DNA of 62,895 bases, filler included, from Ministeria vibrans ATCC 50519 (lineage: Eukaryota > Protista > Filasterea): the NCBI GenBank assembly GCA_943704425.1. It is 6 parts of 6 records of this genome, joined end to end, with 100 filler letters (N's around TTAATTAATTAA, not from the genome) between each part and the next. Parts side by side here need not be neighbours in the genome. Positions count along the whole stretch, not along the records: positions 39,946 to 55,268 come from CALSCP010000102.1; positions 55,369 to 56,801 come from CALSCP010001438.1; positions 56,902 to 58,639 come from CALSCP010000830.1; positions 58,740 to 62,895 come from CALSCP010002701.1; 2 more parts are not named here. One strand, written 5' to 3'. The notes below the pieces were generated by a model that did not search any database, was not told the DNA's origin, and saw only the letters and a list, made by a program, of their open reading frames with translations. The position numbers and the translations under genes are program-made. Shown here in pieces: positions 52,376 through 62,895 of this stretch. Every line of letters begins with the position of its first letter. Within the stretch, counting starts at the first letter, position 1.

Positions 52376-53607
52376 CTACTGGCCCATGTCGTTGCCACCC
52401 TCGCCGACCGCGGCGACGTTAAGCATCATCTTTTGCGATCGGTTAGAGAAGTTGTTGTTGCGTGTGCAGAGGGCACGGTAGATGCCCTGAGAGCCGGGGG
52501 TGAACTCAAGGAGCACACCGTTGACAAACGACGCAGGAGCGTTGTTGAGCAGGACGTTGAGCTCGGCCTTGGTAGACACGTCGGACATGGAGCGGTAGTA
52601 ACCCGAGGTGGCGAGCGCCAACTGGCACGGTAGGTACTTGTGGTGCTTGGAGTTGGGCGTGAAGTCAGCCATTTCTGAGCCGTCAATGTCGTAGCAGACA
52701 GTGTGGTCAAAGATGTTCTTGTGGCCAATAGGACCGTAGTCAGCGTTCTGCTTGGAGCCCATGTCGGCGGTGGCAAGACGAGGCGTGGCGTCGAGAGCCA
52801 ACGGGAAATTGGAGCCAGCGTCGAGAGCCTGCACAAAGTTGTGGCGGTCAGTGCCTCCGGTACCCTCACCAGCGTCGCCGGCCTGGCCATCACCACCACC
52901 GGGGTTGTTGTTGTGTGTGTTGGATCCGCACCACTGCACGTGCACAAGGTTGCCCTCCTCAACAGTGAACTTGTCTACAGGTTTAGAAAAAAAAGGGAAT
53001 AAGAAAGTTTTAGTTACGTCGGTTTCTTTCTCTCCATTTTTTGTTTCTTTTTTTTCTTCTTCTTCTTCTCTTCTTCTTACTGGGCATGAAGTCGTACTCG
53101 ACCGACGGGAAGGTCTGCACAATGTTTCCACGCTTGCCACGGACATTGAGGTTGTAAATGTGCTTTCCGGCAAAGTTGGAGGGACGCTCACGAACGTAGA
53201 AGACGTGCGAGCGGTCCTGGAAGGTACGACCAAACTGGTTGGTGTTGATGGCGAGCTGGAGACCGTAGAACTTGACGCCGACGTCGACAACGGGGTCCTG
53301 AGTGACCGGCGACTGGATAGGGTGAGGCTGAGCGTTCTCGTCGTCGTTCCAGGTGGCGTTGGTCTTGATGGGATCGTAATCGTCGGTGGTGATGTTGTAG
53401 CGCAGACGCAGCACACAGCGGGCGGCACGGTGGCCGGGAAGAGGCTCGTACATCTTGACACCGCTGGCAACAAGGTCGTTGATCTGGGGCAGGTGCCACT
53501 TGTAGCGAAGAGGCTCGGTTCCGACGCCGTTACCAAGAGAGTTGACCTGCAAAAATGAAAAAAAAATTATTAAAGTGGTGAGCAATACGAAAAAAGAATG
53601 ATAAAAA

Positions 53608-53664
<57 letters not shown>

Positions 53665-54875
53665 CTTTTTCTTTTTAGGGAGCTTACGCGAGTGTAACCG
53701 GAGCGCTTGCATTCGGGGGCAGGGATGTCGTGCTTGAAGCTCTTCCACTGGGCGTTGGCACCGGCGCTGGCGCACGCGGCAGGGGTGTTGGCAGCAATGA
53801 TGGCGGGGGTGAAGGCACCGGTGGTATCGACGCACTTCCACTTCTCGGCGACGTTCATCGAGTTGGCGAGGTAGATGGGACAGTAAGACTCGACCATGTC
53901 GGTGAGCATGGCAATGTCGCGCCAGGGGCTGGGGTGCCAGTAAGGCAGGTAGTCGCGCTCCTCAGGGCACTCAAGACCGTTGCGGTTGCCGTTGGGGTTC
54001 TGACGCGTGTACTTGGCTGTGGTGCCTTGGAGGTTCTGGTCGGCAAGGAAGAGACCGCGGTTGCGCTCGCGGGTGCGGCACTCAAAGTAGTACTCGACAG
54101 ACTCGTGTGTGCCACGGTTGTTGGCAGCGTTGGCAGCGACAGTGCCGACAATGCCGCCGGCGTTCGCGCAAGCAAGACCGATACAGCCACCGCCGTTGCC
54201 GCCGGGGTTGGCACCAGCCTCATCGGGAGCGTTGGTGTTGCCACCATCGTGAATGTCAACGTGCAGGGCCATGTCTCCACCGTAGTGAGGGTTCATCGGC
54301 ACGTTGGGGTCGTTACGGTCACCGTCAGTGTCGCACATGTACTACAAAAAGAGAATTAATCAATATTGTTTACACAGGATCAAATTGAAAGTATAAATTA
54401 TTAGAGATACCTGCAGTGCCATGTGGCAGTGGGTTTTGACAGGGTCGCGGCCCGAGGCACCGCCACAGCCGTGCTGGTTGGTCCATTCGACCCAGAGTTC
54501 GCTGCCCTCAAAGTAGTTGAGCTGGTACTGCTGAGCAGTGTCGACGGTCGGGTTGAACGCATGGGTCCAGTCAGTTCCAAGAGGAGCTGTTGACAACAAA
54601 ACACAAGTGAATACGACTTTTATAACACTGATAAAAAAAGAGTACCGTGCTCGTTGTATGCGGCGTCGGTCTTGTCGCACACGTTGTAGCCACCGCGGTT
54701 GTTGTTCTGCGAGTCGAACAGGCGGTTTCCGTTGGCACGAGTGGCGCCCTCTGCGAAGGGAGACACAAAGGACGGATAAGAACAAGAAACCTCACACTGA
54801 ATACTCGCGAGTGCTTACGTTCGTTCAGGCGGTTGTTCGAGCCACGGGGGTTGTGGAGGTACACATCGGCGTTGC
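52376..54875 (-). CDS. Protein DD3-3-like extracellular protein, spliced, 5' end uncertain
   Basis: DVYLHNPRGSNNRLNE, NRLFDSQNNNRGGYNV, EWTNQHGCG, ECPEERDYLPYWHPSPW, RTFQDRSH, RGNIVQTFPSVEYDF, CTRNNNFSNRSQK. Confidence 0.85.
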
Positions 54876-55368
54876 TGAGAGGAACAATGAAACAGTCAGA
54901 GTTTGGAAAGAAAAAGAGAGAAAAAAAAAAAAAAAAAAAAAAAAAAAGACCAATCGACATTCTATCGCCAATTAACGACGGCAAACCTATACACAGGTGG
55001 TTTATAACCCGTGTACAGTAAAAACGGTGCGTGTCGACGGGTAAAAGGTCCACAAGTGATAAGAAAAAAAGAGAAAAAAAGAGAGAGAAAAAAAAAGAGA
55101 GAACATTGATAGAGGCAGAGAGATGGTCGACGAGTGCCGCATCAACCATGGTGACGCTGTCGAGGTGGAAGCAGCCCGAAACACAGCGGATATGTGGCGA
55201 CAGACGATATTGCACCCTCACCGCCGTTGGACGAGATTTTGAATTCACAGAAGTTCAAATTTTCACAGNNNNNNNNNNNNNNNNNNNNNNNNNNNNNNNN
55301 NNNNNNNNNNNNTTAATTAATTAANNNNNNNNNNNNNNNNNNNNNNNNNNNNNNNNNNNNNNNNNNNN

Positions 55369-55482
<114 letters not shown>

Positions 55483-55579
55483 CTCAGTCAGTCGCTCACG
55501 CTCACATACATTAGATATCGGATTGTGGCAAACGGGAGTTTCTCGCGAATTGAAAAGTTTGACGAGCGGAATGCGTCGC

Positions 55580-55872
55580 GGGGCCCTCAGCATCTGGAGC
55601 TGTTTGGGTCGGGTGGGATCAAGTTTTTTTGGGCGTCGCGCTTTGACCAGGCAATGGTGGCGTTCTTGGACTGCCTGCAGCAGTTCAAGGAGCACATTGA
55701 GGCGGTGGACGACCACTGTCGTCTGCCGTACAAAATCGACAAGGACCGAGTGGGCGAGCTTAGTGTCAAGATGCAGTTTAACAATGAGGAGTCGTGGACC
55801 CGCGCACTCCGCAAGATGCTCTGCAACCTCAAGTGGGCCCTTGCCTGGGTTGTCAAGGCTGAGTCCCCCTAG
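55580..55872 (+). CDS. BECN1: Beclin-1/Atg6, last exon (BARA domain)
   Basis: LELFGSGGIKFFWASRFDQAMVAFLDCLQQF...LPYKI...QFNNEESWTRALRKMLCNLKWALAWV. Confidence 0.93.
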
Positions 55873-56016
55873 GTCGCACACACACACGCACACACACACA
55901 CACACACACACCCTCTCGATCGTGAGAATCGCATCGCATGTAAAATAGTATAATATCTTTTTATTCTTTATTCATCGGTATTTTGAGTTGTGGTGCGCTT
56001 GTGGATGTTCCCATGA

Positions 56017-56596
56017 TCATGACATGTAGTCGTGTTGCGATTCCCGCAATTGTCGATGAATGTGCTACAACAACAACATGAAGGTCAGTGGGTTCGTCCT
56101 TTTGTTCTCTCTCTCTCTCTCTTGCTCTCCCGCCCTCTCTTACGTCTTCGTTGAACTTGACAAAGGCGTGAAACTGCTGCGTGAGCTTAGTATGCAACGT
56201 CTGCTCGTACTCGGCTCGGAGTGCCTGCTCACGATCCTCGACGGCGTGCGCCACAATCGAGCGCACCTGTTCCAGCGTAAAGAGCACTGGCTGCTCGGCG
56301 GCCGCTGCTGCTGCTGCTGCACCACACGCACTCCCATCGTCCGTCATGGCGCTGCGGTACCCTGCATTCTCTTTCGCTGTCCTTCTTCTTTTCGTATGCT
56401 GCGCCTGGGCCATGTACTTCTCAAAAGGATCTGTGGAACGACACACCAAACCAAAGAGGCAGAAACAAGTCAGTCGACCAACACATGGACGCTCGCACGA
56501 TACGCAGATAAACCCGTCGCACACAACGACACACCCAAGAGAGAGTCCGTGCCTCTCACAATGCTGCGTCGTGCACGTGTGTTGGCGATGGGCCAT
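56017..56596 (-). CDS. AKIRIN: Akirin
   Basis: LFTLEQV..I.....E..LRAEYEQTLHTKLTQQFHAFVKFNED|HIHRQL...YMS*. Confidence 0.85.
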
Positions 56597-57113
56597 GTGA
56601 ACTTTAGAAAACGTTTCCGAGACGATTTTGCAAAAAACGTCCCTTTTCCAGCCCGAACAGCAACACATAGACATCGCCACACGACGGTACACACATAGTA
56701 CACACATATAAAGTATGTGGTGCCACCGATGCCAGAGAAGACGGCAGTGGAGCGAAGAGGTGACAAACAAATGCACAAAAAAAAAAAAAAAAAAAAACAG
56801 GNNNNNNNNNNNNNNNNNNNNNNNNNNNNNNNNNNNNNNNNNNNNTTAATTAATTAANNNNNNNNNNNNNNNNNNNNNNNNNNNNNNNNNNNNNNNNNNN
56901 NAAGAGATAGATAGAAAGAGAGAGAGGAGAAGGAAACACAGTGATAGAGAGAGAGGAGAAAGAAACAAGGTGATCGAAAGAAACACAGTGATCGAAAGAA
57001 ACACAGTGATAGAGAGAGAAGAAACAAAGTGATCGAAAGAAACAAAATGATAGAGAGAGAGAGAGAGTAAAAGGAATAGATGAGAATGTGTGCGTAAGCG
57101 GGTTATAGGACTT

Positions 57114-58532
57114 ACGAGGAGAGAGCGAGAGAGAGGAGAGGAGTGGAAGGGGAGCCAGAGGAGGCGGCCGGTGAGAGAGGCAGCAGTGGGCAAGAGGAGT
57201 GCACCGGTGACGGCACGACTGAACGCAAGGAGCGATTGCTCGCCCGTCACGTCTGCATCCAGCCCAAGCGCCTCCTCTGCTGCTTCATCATGGCTGTGGT
57301 CGTTGTCGTCGTCGTCGCCGTCGAACAGGGCATCCGTTGCGTCGTCACCGTCACCATCTGTGTCGGTGTCGGTGAAGTCGTCAAACAGACGTGAGTCTTC
57401 ACTGTGTGCAATGGAGAACTCGCTGAAGGTAGGCCCATCATCGTCGCCATCACCATCAAATCGCGGGTGCAAGTCAGCCTCAGTGTATGCGCTGCTGTTG
57501 CTGCTTCCCTCCTCGTCGCCCACCTGCCGGTTGATTCGTTGCATATGAACCAGTAGTTCCTCTCGCGCCGCGTGCATGGTGGCAGTGTCGTCGTCGTTTG
57601 CAACCATGCTGTTAATGCGTTCCAGTCGCGCCCACAAATCATCTCCAGCATGGCCGTCCACATCCTCATACATATCATCGTCATCGTCATCATCATCATC
57701 ATCATCGTCATCCTCATCGTTGCTATTGTAGTTGTTGATGCTCTGCGTTCCTCTGTCGTCTTCTATTCTGGCACTCTCGTCCATAAGAGCACTGACCGAA
57801 ACCATGGGCACACCCTCGGCATGGGCGTCCTCCTGGCCCGTTGCCTCTGCGTGATGCCTGATCAATTCTGCCACCACCTCTTGCCGTGTCATGTTCTCGA
57901 CGACGGGCTGTGGGTCGTGCACAGAGCCGTATCCAAGCTGATGGCTCTCTCGAACCCACTCTGCGTGTGTGTCTCGGTCTTGAAGCTCTTGATGTCGTCT
58001 CTGATCGCCATCACTGTCCGCACCATCGCGCGCCTGTGTCTGTGGCTGTGGCTGTGGCTGTGGCTGTGGCTGTCGACGACGCCGCCGCCGCGGTCGTCTG
58101 CGCGCCCGAGACGGCCGTCCAACGGGCACTGCGAGAAGGCGGTAGCCAACAAGAGTGAGCGGAATCGACGGAAGGGCCAACATCAAGGGCAGTGGGCGGG
58201 TGCACATGAGCAGCTCGTGTGCCGCAGAGTATCCCATCATCTATTGAACGGAGAATACAGTGAGCGTTAACCAACAATCAAGAAAGGTCGATGCTAACCT
58301 GCATAAGAGTCACGGCACCATGGCACACGGACCCAATGTAGACTACACAAGCAGTCATGGCAACGGCGGCGACGGGACTGACGTGTGTGACGTAGTAGTC
58401 GAGTGCTTCGAGGAAAGGAGCAAATCGCGGGGGTTGAGGAGCACTCACAATGTACTCCATCCGACATTGGGGACACAGCACATTGTGTGCGCCCTGTTCC
58501 CGCTCTTTGGTGACAATCCATCGCAATATGCA
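57114..58532 (-). CDS. MARCHF5: MARCH5-like RING-CH membrane E3 ligase, internal part, with long acidic insertion
   Basis: CILRWI...CPQCRMEY, VCHGAVTLMQ, LPSIPLTL, SRAVTGALLLPT. Confidence 0.8.
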
Positions 58533-58542
58533 CTCTTTGAGC

Positions 58543-58639
<97 letters not shown>

Positions 58640-58741
58640 NNNNNNNNNNNNNNNNNNNNNNNNNNNNNNNNNNNNNNNNNNNNTTAATTAATTAANNNNN
58701 NNNNNNNNNNNNNNNNNNNNNNNNNNNNNNNNNNNNNNNAC

Positions 58742-58833
<92 letters not shown>

Positions 58834-58838
58834 ATCCT

Positions 58839-59587
58839 ACTTGATGCCTCCGCCCGAGGGCTTTCCTTCGCTGAAAAGGTAGTCGATAATCTCCTGCACG
58901 CCGTGCGTGTAGCTCTCCGTCTTGGTGTACTTGCCCAGCTCGTAGAGACCGTAGCCGATGCCGGCCACTCCTCCGTGGTACAGCGACGTGTCCACCTTGC
59001 TCTCAATGAGCGCCTAAAACACGCTTCAGCGTCAACACTGCGGGGACGCGCGCGGGGGGGGAGGGGGGTGTTGGAGCATTACCGGCAAATGGGCCAGAAT
59101 GTAGTTGCCGGCACACTGCGCCGTCTCGAGGTAGTCCGCTTTGCTGCCAACGAAAACAACCGAGAAAAACATTATTACTGATGACAAAAAAAAAAAAAAA
59201 AAAAAAAAAAAACAAGAGAGAAATCGTACCCCGAGAACATGTGGGCCTCAATGAGGTACTTGATGGTGCCGCTGATGCCGCTGTACAGGTCAAAGGTGCG
59301 GTTGTAGCTCACAGACGACTGACCGATCAGACTGATAAGAAAATGAAAATTAATAACAATAAGAACAAAAAGGAATTCTCTCCGGCGCGCACTCTCGCTC
59401 TCCCCCGCGCATGCGGTGGGCCTTACTCGTCGGCCCAGTAGCAGCCCTGGGGCGTGTCAATGCGCGTCTGGACAATCCAGTTCGCTGCATTCATCGCAAT
59501 TGCACCGTAGTTGGGGGCGTCGCCCGCCGCAGCCTGGCCGGACAGCACGCTAGCCGCAGCCACAAGAACAAGAACCCACTTCATCAT
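58839..59587 (-). CDS. Secreted LanC-like (lanthionine synthetase C-like alpha/alpha toroid) protein, 5' part
   Basis: Signal MMKWVLVLVAAASVLSGQAAAG; spliced AANWI...GCYW, DLYSGISGTIKYL..., YLETA..AGNYIL, SLYHGGVAGIGYGLYEL. Confidence 0.65.
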
Positions 59588-59892
59588 GAAAGAGTAAATG
59601 AATATAATGAATTAATGATTACGGAATCAAATATCAATCATCTCCCTCAGTTTGAAATAACCTCACTGTGAGTCCGTGACCGCACCAGCTGCCGAGGTTG
59701 GTGGAGCCACTGCCAAGAAGATGACCAGTACTAAGGCCTAAGTGTCTGCCAAGTGTCAATCTGTTGATTATCGCAATGGTTGACGTCTCGCCGCTTCAGC
59801 GACAGAGATGGCGATAAGTTCGATCTCATCCCAAAACAAAAAAGACAAATACAACAAGAAAAATTGAAAAATATTTGCTTTTGTGAACCTCA

Positions 59893-61727
59893 ATGACGGA
59901 GTATGCCCACTATGGGCCCGCGGAGCTGTCGCCGCTGACGAGGCTCCGACGTGGGTTTCGAAATTGGGCGAAAACCAAAAATTGGTATTTTCTCGCTCAC
60001 CGCTACCGCGACGCTGGCGTTGTTCTTTGCCACTGCACGACGATACCCATCGAGAAGCGTGGTGATCTGGTTCCGACGGGGGGCGTTTGCCGAGGCGCAG
60101 ATCGGACTGTGAGTCCTGTCGTCACCGCTTGCCCACACGCGTCTTCCGCGCTCGCCGAATGCCCCGCGCCTGACCCCTCTTTCGCTTCCTAGGTACTTCT
60201 GGGGCAACACGTTGTTCTTGATTGGAAGCCTCCTCTATGAGGTGCAGGCGTTTATGTGGTTAGGACGACTCTTTCACACACTGCTGCAAGTGTGCTAACC
60301 ACAAACTTACGTGTCCTTAGTGTCAGTTGGGTCTCGGACATTCCCGCCGTGCCCTGCACCGTGATCAACCTGGGAGCCTCCATCCTGTACATCTTTGATG
60401 CCTTGGCATACATGCTGGCGCTTTACGTCGACACATGGCTCGCGGCGGACGAGGCGAAGAAGGCCTTCCGTGTCACTATCGATCCGCTCGACGTGCCCGA
60501 AGAGATGCTCGCCCAATCCGTAGAACTGCTCGACACAGCGGCAGCGAACACATCAGTAGAAGCAGCAGCAGCGGCGGCGGCGGCACATGAGTCAAAGAGG
60601 AAACGTGCTGCACTGCAAGAGGCAGTGGCAGACAGCGACGACGAGGGTGACGACGACGACGACGACGACGACACCGACGAGCTTGACGGGCTAGCAAGAG
60701 CCGGGCGACACGACGACGACTGGGAAATGGTTGTGGACGAGGCTGGCATGAGCGAAGACGAACTCATTGAGTACCGCTCGCACCTGCCAAAGTGGATCCC
60801 GACCTTTCTCGACGAAATGAATCACACGTTAATAGGGTAACCCATTCAAAAGTACATACAATGACATACAATGACTATGTATCTGACGCTTATGTGTATT
60901 CAACGGACGAACAGAAACGCCATGTTCCTGTGTGCAAGTGTGGGGTACTTTGTCGACGCGTGCCTGACGTTCTGGGACCCGAAGGAGGTGTCACTCTCCA
61001 GCGCAGTCGACATTTCGTCCGCCGCCATCTTCCTCGTCAATTCCATGGTCAACCTGCTCGCCTACTGGAAGAACCACATTGGCACCAAGGATACCTCTCG
61101 TCAGCGCTACATGTTTCGTTTCAACGACATTCTCAGGTGAGCAAATCAACACCCAATTCAAATCCTAATTCTAAAGACAACCCTAAATGCCAACGCCTGA
61201 TGTCAACCTGATCTCAACTTTGCTGTGTAGGGTGGACTGGTGCGGCTGGGGCGACTGGCTCTTCTTCTTCGGAAGCATTATCTATCTCGTTAATCCTTTC
61301 ATCCAAGACTACGCCCTCCCGTACAATTTGATGAATCTTGCGGCTGCTACACTCTTCATTTTTGGTATGTGTGAATGTGTGAGACATGTACTAGGTAGCT
61401 ATAACGCATTACTTTGCAGATTCGTTGTGCTATTTCATGTTCGACTGGGCGGAAGAGAAGCTCGATGCACAGGCAGAAGGAGAGGAAGAAGAAGGCAAGG
61501 AAGACAAGGAAGACGAGGGACAGGCGCGCATGCACATTGAAACCATGCGATTGAGTGAGGAGGAGGAGGAGGAGCGCGAGAGACAGCGCGAGCGCCTGAG
61601 AGAGCGACGCAAGCTGACCAAAAACCGCGATTCGTATCAGCCCGTGTCGCTCACGGACTATGCGAATGCAACGGAGGAGGGCAAGAAGAAGATTGAGGAG
61701 TCCTTTTCAGTGGACAAGCCACCGTGA
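59893..61727 (+). CDS. Multi-pass membrane protein with repeated YrhK-like GxxLFxxGS helices
   Basis: WGNTLFLIGSLLY and WGDWLFFFGSIIY halves separated by an acidic loop; GT-AG introns. Confidence 0.6.
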
Positions 61728-62504
61728 TGACTGCCGCTAGAGTCGGCTGCTGTACATATTCGTATATTACATTATACTTTATTCGCGTCATTTGATAATT
61801 CGTTTTGTGGGACATTCTGTGCTGTCTGGGTATGTACTGCATATGTGTCTGCATAATCTACGCTGGTTGGTGATATGACTGCGTGGGATGAGGGCGGGGC
61901 AGAAAAGCGTTACAGAGTGAGTGAATCACTAATGATCAATTTCTGATCGAAGAGTTGGAATGTTGGATAGTCAATTATTCTTCATCGTTTCTTCAATTGA
62001 ACCCGTCTGTCTGGTATTGTTGCGACTCGTGCAGGTATGTGTCGACGATGGGGAGCTGTGCAGTCGAGAGTGACAATTGTGCTTTCCATTGCATTAGAGA
62101 GAAACAAACCCCCCCACTGCCTTCACAGTCGGCTCACTTGCTTCATTACTTCTCCGTTGTGGTGAATAGCACGTTTTGCATAACAAGACGAAAGTTTTTT
62201 TTTCTTTGACAGTCGAAACGAATTTTTTTTTTTGTATTGTTTTGTGTCTCTGCTTTGCCTGAGGCTTCCACGCACTGGTGCCTCGTTGAGGATGGGGTTC
62301 ATAATATGTGTGTATGCTGTTCCCTACGAGGCGCGGCTGTCTTATTGCGTGGTTGTGTCGTGTGGGGGAAAATATATTTATAAAGTTCAAACTTCGACCG
62401 ACAAAACTCGACTCATTTGGGATTGTCTAATTGATCTGAAGAACGGATGTCCTGCTTTCAGTTGAGTGCACTGGGGATCACTCATGGCATGGTCTTCTTA
62501 GGAC

Positions 62505-62753
62505 ATGGTGTACGCACGCAACCCCGTTGATGGCACTCTGGTGGCTTACACTGCAGGAGGAGTAGTGTCGTTGTTTGCGGAGAGTGGAGGAGGCGAAACA
62601 CTAACAGTTGCACTGGCGACTCTTGACGATAACTCATGGGGGATTGCACTCAGCCCAGATGAACAGTGGCTTGTGAGTGCATCTGCGTTCGGTGACGTTG
62701 TTGTGTTCTCTGTGAAAGACCAAAAGCGAGTCAGGACACTTAAGGGTCACTAA
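62505..62753 (+). CDS. WD40-repeat protein fragment
   Basis: IALSPDEQWLVSAS..G.V.VF......RTLKGH. Confidence 0.6.
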   Translation: MVYARNPVDGTLVAYTAGGVVSLFAESGGGETLTVALATLDDNSWGIALSPDEQWLVSASAFGDVVVFSVKDQKRVRTLKGH

Positions 62754-62895
62754 ACGTACGTCTGAATGTGTGTGTCGAATGTTGGCTGTTCTGTTCTCTT
62801 ACTCTCGTGGATTCTACAAACGAAGAGTCCTCTATAGCTGTGATTTACCATCACAATTATGCTAATTTGTATTGATGTTCGTGTCTTCCAATAGT

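Overview
Eukaryotic, intron-rich DNA. The gene set (akirin, cyclin D-like, DD3-3-like, hyccin-like), short GT-AG introns with (CT)n/(CA)n tracts and interstitial TTAGGG suggest a unicellular holozoan, possibly a choanoflagellate (inference). The window is six contigs joined by artificial N-TTAATTAATTAA-N linkers, so adjacency across linkers is meaningless. Contig 1 (1-28378) is an accessory, transposon-riddled region. It has a decayed P-element-like transposase, a two-gene PIF/Harbinger element with TIRs and several dispersed element-end repeats. Between these lies a cluster of conflict/cell-death-type genes: ubiquitin-Roc fusion, intronless pannexin/LRRC8-like channel without LRRs, RING-H2, caspase-like protease fused to a probable nucleoside-phosphorylase-like domain, cyclin D-like, Tse2-like ADP-ribosyltransferase and two secreted L-domain paralogs. 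The best candidate for a new system is the divergent caspase-like protease / pannexin-like channel pair. Contigs 2-6 are mostly housekeeping genes (myosin, MUT, PDI, HGS, ERD2, Beclin, akirin, MARCH5). They include a four-gene co-oriented array with 46-94 bp spacers and a secreted LanC-like gene. All family calls come from motif recognition by eye; no searches were run.
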